Shown: positions 57,905-64,000 of the stretch, one piece after another | Numbering within the stretch: the first letter of the stretch is position 1 | Layout: every line of letters starts with the position of its first letter | Assembly (NCBI GenBank): GCA_018819405.1 | Contig: JAHJQF010000001.1 | Span: forward strand, 817,469-881,468 | Source: Patescibacteria group bacterium | Lineage (GTDB): Bacteria; Patescibacteriota; Patescibacteriia; UBA1558; GWA2-36-10 | Reading direction: 5' to 3' | DNA: 64,000 nucleotides | The notes under the pieces: model-generated | Databases searched by the model: none | Told to the model about the DNA's origin: nothing | Seen by the model: only the letters and a program-made list of their open reading frames with translations | Program-made: the position numbers and the translations under genes

Positions 57905-59200
57905 TTAATAATCCCCTTGTGATTGCAGAGCCCAGATTTCTGCTTCACTAAGTGCCCGGTTATAAATACGCAAGTCGTCTATGATACCGTCAAAAGCTGC
58001 ACTACCTAGTGATACATTGAAATCTCCCGAATCATTTACCAAGTTTAACACTGTACCTGGTGAAGTGGAAGTAGCCACGCCACTGTTGGCTTTTTTGTAA
58101 ACATAAACCTGAAAACGATTGTTGGGATAATCATACACACAAGTCACCAAATATATACTACCATCGGCTGCTACAGTAGCTGAAGTATTTGTATCTTGAG
58201 AAGCAGTACTGTCATAAACCCGACAATAAACATCCCCTGAACTATTTATCCAAAGCTTGTAGCCCAGATTGCTAGCGCCGGTTTCTTTGGCTACAATGTC
58301 TCCTTCAGTTGGTAATGATTCCGGTTTCATCCAGGATGAAATAGTAAACTGGTCGGAAAAATTAAGATTGTTAGGATTAGTCGGACTAGTTGGTGTGCAA
58401 AGATTGCTATTGGTTGCTTCAAAATCAAGACCATAACTGCTTCCGTCTACAATACCGGTAATATAAGCTGCCTCGCTTCCACCAGGCGCACAAGTCAAAT
58501 CGTTGCTATCCTGATAATCAGTCGGCGTAGTGCCACTACCTTCTTCAAAAGACCAAAAAGACACCAGCCCACTTGGCGGTTCACTGTACATAACTACTGT
58601 ACTAGAGGCCGTGGAAGTAGCTCGTTTATTTATTTGTCCGCCAGATAAAGTACCAACTGATAATAAAGTGGTAACACTTGTATAGGGATTGGAGGTTGAG
58701 GTAGCTGTAGAGCTAGAAAATACCAAGCTGCCATTTAATATATCCACATCCATTGATGTCAGATAATAAGTGTTTACTGCCGGATACACAGTAGTGTCAC
58801 AATTTTTGTGATGGCCGTTGCCGTTCATATTGGGATAGCAAGTCATAGCTAGACGTCTGTCATCTACCGTAATTCTCACTCCCCCGCCAGTTTCTACACA
58901 ATTGCCTGGTAGATAATTATCATTATTAAAATAAAGAGCCAAGCTAGGCGGCGAAGCTCCAAAGTCCGAACAATAGCCATCAGTATCCTTGAGTAGGCCA
59001 TCTGAATTGGCCATCAGATAATCAACCGCACTAAGAGCCACTCGACGATTGCGTGACACATCAACATTGGCCGCTAGCTTGGAAGAAGTATTGGCCAAAG
59101 TCAAATAAAAATTTACCACTGCAGTCAAAAGTATCCCCACAATAGCCAAATAAATAATTGTCTCAATAATTGATATTCCTTTTTGATTTTTTATTATCAT
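57905..59200 (-). CDS. Minor pilin with LamG-like domain
   Basis: KGISIIETIIY; FTISSWMK..FDGIIDDLRIYNRALS. Confidence 0.85.
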   Translation of the reverse strand: MIIKNQKGISIIETIIYLAIVGILLTAVVNFYLTLANTSSKLAANVDVSRNRRVALSAVDYLMANSDGLLKDTDGYCSDFGASPPSLALYFNNDNYLPGNCVETGGGVRITVDDRRLAMTCYPNMNGNGHHKNCDTTVYPAVNTYYLTSMDVDILNGSLVFSSSTATSTSNPYTSVTTLLSVGTLSGGQINKRATSTASSTVVMYSEPPSGLVSFWSFEEGSGTTPTDYQDSNDLTCAPGGSEAAYITGIVDGSSYGLDFEATNSNLCTPTSPTNPNNLNFSDQFTISSWMKPESLPTEGDIVAKETGASNLGYKLWINSSGDVYCRVYDSTASQDTNTSATVAADGSIYLVTCVYDYPNNRFQVYVYKKANSGVATSTSPGTVLNLVNDSGDFNVSLGSAAFDGIIDDLRIYNRALSEAEIWALQSQGDY

Positions 59201-62200
59201 TAGCGATAATTAAATTTTGCTCCATATAAAGTAGGCGTTTCCGTGTTGCTATTGCAAGCTGTCATATCAACTTTGTAGCGCAAATATCTTTTGCCATTTA
59301 AAGTAGCATCCGTACTACTGGTATAGTAGCTTACGCTAGTATCACTATATACTTCGCTGATGACATTGCCAGAGGCAAAAGTAGAATCATCACTCACCTC
59401 AGCTGTAATTTGCAAAGCGCAGCCAGTAGGCAAATTTTGCTCTACTGTAATACTCTTGAGTTCTTTATCAGATGACCCCAAATCTAAAATAGAAGAATAT
59501 AGACTACCTGGGCTCTCATAACCACTGGCCAAAGCTTGACTGCCAATACTATAAAAAGTGGAAGTAGTATTTTCGTTATTATAAGCAGTTTCTACCCAGC
59601 CGGCAGTTTTGGCAGTATTAGCCAGCCTAACTTCATCAAGTAAGCCGTTCATCCAATACGCATTTGTCTGAATAGTTCCCGTGATAATACCGCCTGTGGT
59701 ATTTAATAAATTATAATCAGTAGCATATTCAGTAAGATATGATCCATTTTTATAAACTGTAGTAACAGGTCTATCAAAAACCACATCTATTTTTGTCCAC
59801 TCTCCCCAATTAAATACATTATTATAAGGACCATAACTATTAAGAGTATTAGTATCATCCCATATTTGTAATCTTAAATAAGAGGGGTCTGCTTCGCTAG
59901 CAAAAAATCTACTACCAGCTATACTTACTAAACCATTCAAAGTACTAGCACTAACACCACTTATATTTACCCAAAAAGACCAAGTAAACTGATCAACAAA
60001 ACCAAAATTATCAGAATGGACAGCATAGCCATAATCAGCATCCCCATCATAAGAAAAAGCTGTACCAATTTTACCAGAAGTATTCTCTGCGACATTGTTA
60101 TAATTGGTCAAATAATTATGAAAAGCCGAACTGTCTCCTTGTTTATTTAATAATTCATGGTGCTTTTGCATGTGATTTACATATTTATAATCATTATTAT
60201 TCCAAACGCCCTCCATCCTTTCTTGGGTGTTCTCTATATTACTATTGCCATAAAACATATAAATATCTTTATTAGTACTTAGGATTGGTACTTCTACCCA
60301 AGCAACAAATTCGCCTGTGCTGGAGCTATATTTTTCTATTTCATGATCCAAGATTGTAGTCCCAGCTGAATCAGAGGTAAATATAATATCATAACCCTTA
60401 TCACTTTCTACATTACCGCCATTGGTAGTTGTTTTTAGATAATCCTGTGTCTCGGCAAACAAAAACGGAAAATTGCTGTGAGGACCGCTGATTACTTTGG
60501 TACCACCAGAATCAATAGTAATAGTTCTTTTATAATCATAACCAGAACCAGTATTTCTGGTTTCTGGACGGGGCAACCAGCTAATACCGTCAGCTACTGC
60601 CGCTTGCCCATAATCTTGGAAAAGATAGCCCCCTTTGGAAGAAACATATTGTAAAAAATGATGAGGCAAAGTACTAAGTATACTTTCAATAGTAGTAGAA
60701 TCCTCGGTCAAACTTTGGCTTAGATTTGAAACATCAGATACGTCAATAATAGCCAGATTACCAGATGTTTTGGCTAACACCAAAACCTCACCATCGCCAT
60801 CATATTCTAATTCAGCTGTATCATTGAAAGTACCCGGATCAATAGTATCCAATACAGTCAAAGCACTACCTGTATCTCTTATTGTTTTTATTTCAGATGT
60901 CGAGTCAGCGCAAACTATGACAAATTCATTTCCACTGCCATTATCACCCAAAGATTCTAGGTCATCACAATCCCCCGAGCCTTCATAAGCATATGACAAG
61001 CTTGGTACTGTACTTGATGAGATATCCCATTTAGCTAGAGCATAAGATGCATAATCAGTCACAATATACATATAAGGAGTAGCTCCCGAATCATCTAGCC
61101 ACATTCTATTTGGTGCAGTGCCCCACTGATTCCAAGATGGTACAACCAGACTATCGTCTCCACCACCGCCATCTCTTTTGGCAGTCAAGGTAGAGCCATC
61201 TGCCGATACCTCATAAGCATAAAATCCGCCATAACTACTGATAGCATAAAGCATGCTAGCATCTGAGCTCAATATTATATCCTTACCAACTAGACTATCA
61301 CCAGACATATAATCATCAGATAACTCAGAATCTACTATGCTACCATCGCTAGTATCTATTACCCATACAAAAGGTATTGTAGCGATTTCAGCATTATCAA
61401 GATCATAATTTAAAGCATAAAGATACCTACCATTTGGGTTTATGGTCATAGCTCCTACCTGCTCAGGCATAGCATTTTCCCATAATAAAGCATTGAATAT
61501 ATTTTCTCTTATATTTGTAATATCCAAAGCTTTTATATCAACATTTGTTTGACCAAAAGAATACAGAGTATCACCGTCTGGTGATTCTACATATCCATGC
61601 ATTTGCCGCCAAGCTCCCAAATCATACTGAGTAGTAGTAGCAAAGCTTGTCAAATTTCCATATATAGCCCCCGGAGCAGCTGTCTGTGACAAAACCAATT
61701 CTCCAACAGTTGTAGTGCTGACATTACTATATGATGAAGAAGCCATAGTCAAACTTGACCAAAACTCCCTATCTCCCACTCCTGACCAATCTGATTGCTC
61801 CCAAGTCTTGTATGACCAATTGGTAATATAAGTAGTAAGTACATAATCAGCCATTCCCGTAGCCGAGACTGTGACTATAATTTTTTTGGTGTTGGGATCT
61901 ACTGTGCCTCCGGAATCAACTATTTCCCAAGTGCTATTTCTCTCAACATCACTTATCACAATAGTCCTAGTCAAATCTCCCAAAGTATTACTGGTACCGC
62001 TAAATTCCCAATAACCATTGGCGTTTTGAGCTACGCCTTGATTGCCAGTGCCCGAGACTGTCTCAATCTTCTGCCAGCTATTGTCACGAATTGCTTTGGT
62101 TATTTCTATACCTTCTTGAGCAAACTCAACCACAGTCTGCTTGTCACCCTTACCAGAATAATTACGATAAGAATTGGTCACCACTGAAAAAACACCAGAA

Positions 62201-62280
62201 GCTAAAATTACAAAAATACCAACAGCCAGTATGACTTCTACCAGATTAAAACCTTTTTTATTTTTGTATATTTTATTCAT
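59200..62280 (-). CDS. Very large minor pilin: propeller-like region, DUF2341-like and LamG-like domains
   Basis: KGFNLVEVIL; YKRTITID..DIIFT..HEIE..AWVEVP..IYMFYGN; GLLDEVRL. Confidence 0.82.
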   Translation of the reverse strand: MNKIYKNKKGFNLVEVILAVGIFVILASGVFSVVTNSYRNYSGKGDKQTVVEFAQEGIEITKAIRDNSWQKIETVSGTGNQGVAQNANGYWEFSGTSNTLGDLTRTIVISDVERNSTWEIVDSGGTVDPNTKKIIVTVSATGMADYVLTTYITNWSYKTWEQSDWSGVGDREFWSSLTMASSSYSNVSTTTVGELVLSQTAAPGAIYGNLTSFATTTQYDLGAWRQMHGYVESPDGDTLYSFGQTNVDIKALDITNIRENIFNALLWENAMPEQVGAMTINPNGRYLYALNYDLDNAEIATIPFVWVIDTSDGSIVDSELSDDYMSGDSLVGKDIILSSDASMLYAISSYGGFYAYEVSADGSTLTAKRDGGGGDDSLVVPSWNQWGTAPNRMWLDDSGATPYMYIVTDYASYALAKWDISSSTVPSLSYAYEGSGDCDDLESLGDNGSGNEFVIVCADSTSEIKTIRDTGSALTVLDTIDPGTFNDTAELEYDGDGEVLVLAKTSGNLAIIDVSDVSNLSQSLTEDSTTIESILSTLPHHFLQYVSSKGGYLFQDYGQAAVADGISWLPRPETRNTGSGYDYKRTITIDSGGTKVISGPHSNFPFLFAETQDYLKTTTNGGNVESDKGYDIIFTSDSAGTTILDHEIEKYSSSTGEFVAWVEVPILSTNKDIYMFYGNSNIENTQERMEGVWNNNDYKYVNHMQKHHELLNKQGDSSAFHNYLTNYNNVAENTSGKIGTAFSYDGDADYGYAVHSDNFGFVDQFTWSFWVNISGVSASTLNGLVSIAGSRFFASEADPSYLRLQIWDDTNTLNSYGPYNNVFNWGEWTKIDVVFDRPVTTVYKNGSYLTEYATDYNLLNTTGGIITGTIQTNAYWMNGLLDEVRLANTAKTAGWVETAYNNENTTSTFYSIGSQALASGYESPGSLYSSILDLGSSDKELKSITVEQNLPTGCALQITAEVSDDSTFASGNVISEVYSDTSVSYYTSSTDATLNGKRYLRYKVDMTACNSNTETPTLYGAKFNYR

Positions 62281-62281
62281 T

Positions 62282-63358
62282 TTAATAGTTTTTTAAACAC
62301 CTGATTGAAAAACCCCAGGCCTGACTATTACTAGTCTCATCCATAGTAGCTGTCAAAGTATCAGTATAATGTACATAAGCTTCTGTGGGCGCGGCATCAT
62401 TATCAGTCGAGCTCCAAAGCGCACTTATATCAGCATCGTCATAAGTATCGGTAACAGTATTCATTTCATTTGATTCCAATAGATTAAATCCTGAACTACC
62501 ACCAATTTTTAATTCCGTACCGTCAGACGCAGACGAATAATTTGCCTCAAGAATATCTAACTGAGAATCAGAAGGGATATGCCAGCCAGCCGGACAAATA
62601 CCCCGCGCTCCTTCAGTAGTAACATAGCCCATGGCCTCATCCCAATGATACAAACCACCTGTCACAGCACAATTAGCACTTGAATCTCCATTGCACCATT
62701 TTTCTATCAAGCCATTGTCAGTTGGATCAGTAGCTGCACTGGCCAACATTGTACCAATATTAAGATTTTGTGCCATCCAACACTGACTGCCAATTTTAAC
62801 TGTATCATAGGCATTACCCTGATCATCAAACATTTGACTTTCTCCACAGCTAAATATTGATGTGACTCCGCTAGTATTTACTACTACTGATTTTTGATCT
62901 CCAAAATTACTCTTCAAAACTATCCACTGGTCAGTAGAAGTGCCAGTCGTAGTCGCTAACCAGCCTGATGAAGGCGCAAAATAAAATTCATTTACCTGAC
63001 TAGCCTCAAGATATACTCCCGTAGTACCTGACAATTCTACCACCTGATCAAAACTAGCGTCTCTATCCGAATAAATAACCCCTTTATACATCACCACACA
63101 ATCAGCACTATCAGCACAGTGAGAGTCTGAATCAAGCACCTTGATGCCCCAGACATCGTCACGATAACCGGTCATAGAATAATTCTGTGCTTTGGCTACC
63201 ATATCAGCTACTTGCTTAACTTTGTAAGTCAAATCCTCCTGGTTTACTCTATTATTTACCAAAGAAACCGATCCAGCCAAAAGAATCACAAATACAGCTA
63301 CTATAAGTAGAACTTCAATAAGTGTAAATCCATTTTTTTCTTTTTTCTTTATATCCAC
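62282..63358 (-). CDS. Minor pilin with Fibrobacter major paralogous (FISUMP-like) domain
   Basis: NGFTLIEVLL; YDTVKIGSQCWMAQNLN, GGLYHW, GICPAGWHIPS, GFSIRCLK. Confidence 0.85.
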   Translation of the reverse strand: MDIKKKEKNGFTLIEVLLIVAVFVILLAGSVSLVNNRVNQEDLTYKVKQVADMVAKAQNYSMTGYRDDVWGIKVLDSDSHCADSADCVVMYKGVIYSDRDASFDQVVELSGTTGVYLEASQVNEFYFAPSSGWLATTTGTSTDQWIVLKSNFGDQKSVVVNTSGVTSIFSCGESQMFDDQGNAYDTVKIGSQCWMAQNLNIGTMLASAATDPTDNGLIEKWCNGDSSANCAVTGGLYHWDEAMGYVTTEGARGICPAGWHIPSDSQLDILEANYSSASDGTELKIGGSSGFNLLESNEMNTVTDTYDDADISALWSSTDNDAAPTEAYVHYTDTLTATMDETSNSQAWGFSIRCLKNY

Positions 63359-63374
63359 TTTTTATTTAAAAAAA

Positions 63375-64000
63375 TTATCTGCCAACTTGGCTAGTCAAAT
63401 CATAGATTGGATTGATAATAGCCATAGCTACAAAACCAACACCCAAACCAATCACTACCAAAAGTATTGGTTCCAAAAGAGTAGAAAGATTTTTGGTGTC
63501 AGTATCAACCTCTAGTTCATAAAAATCCGCTAAATAGTCTAAAACTTCACCCAAATTACCGGATTCTTCGCCTACTTTGGTCATGCGCGATACAATACTA
63601 GGAAAATGACTTTTACTTCGCAGAGCATCAGCCAGTGAATTTCCCTTTAACACTTTATGATAAAGAGCAATTGTTTCATTTTTGAAAACATCATTGGTCA
63701 AAGTCTCAGCTACAATTTGCAAAGATTGATCAATAGTAATACCACTACTAAGTAGTGATGATAATGTCCTACAAAAAAGAGCCAAATTCATATTCTTTGT
63801 AATTTTGCCAGTAATTGGCAAGCTTATTATTATTTTATGTAAAAATAAACGACTAGGTCGGATTTTTAACATAAAATTCCATATAAGCATTAAAATAACA
63901 AGACCTAAAATCACCCAGATCCAATAATTGGCAAAAAAACTGGCCACGGCCATCAATATTTTAGTGGTTGTCGGCAGATCTATCCTCAAGCTGTCAAAAA
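63375..64000 (-). CDS. pilC: Type II secretion F / PilC platform protein, C-terminal part
   Basis: FCRTLSSLLSSG, VGEESGNL, LLEPILL, AIINPIY; gene starts beyond the window. Confidence 0.92.
   Translation of the reverse strand, partial: FDSLRIDLPTTTKILMAVASFFANYWIWVILGLVILMLIWNFMLKIRPSRLFLHKIIISLPITGKITKNMNLALFCRTLSSLLSSGITIDQSLQIVAETLTNDVFKNETIALYHKVLKGNSLADALRSKSHFPSIVSRMTKVGEESGNLGEVLDYLADFYELEVDTDTKNLSTLLEPILLVVIGLGVGFVAMAIINPIYDLTSQVGR

Noticed and set aside
1-64000. Recoded UGA (genetic code 4 or 25), given two tRNA-Trp genes
   Set aside because: Both anticodons are CCA, conserved genes are intact under code 11, and uvrC ends in TGA.

Overview
AT-rich bacterial chromosome segment with most genes on the minus strand, standard code (TGA used as stop). 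Gene content and style suggest a Patescibacteria/CPR genome (inference). It holds a surface-glycan block (rfbB, GT2/GT4, NDP-sugar enzymes), an S8 protease, an OLD-like nuclease, HU, SAM-riboswitch-metK, uvrBAC, rlmN, tRNA-Thr-rpmG-tRNA-Trp, a PurD-like ligase, idi, a CIRCE-controlled hrcA-grpE-hsp20-dnaK-dnaJ operon, a MacAB-type ABC system and a type IV pilus cluster. The most unusual features are non-coding or tiny. (1) A tRNA-Trp gene is split by four TCCA-tagged 24-nt palindromes and by an insert carrying a small GIY-YIG nuclease and a second, intact tRNA-Trp; another GIY-YIG gene is bracketed by GTCA-tagged palindromes. (2) Two paralogous leader-peptide attenuators precede orphan Cys-rich microproteins instead of amino-acid genes. 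(3) About nine GC-rich promoter-SD-orphan-terminator mini-cassettes are scattered through the window. (4) A CCCGTTAG/CTAACGGG inverted-repeat family sits directly against start codons. All calls are by eye; no database search or folding program was run.
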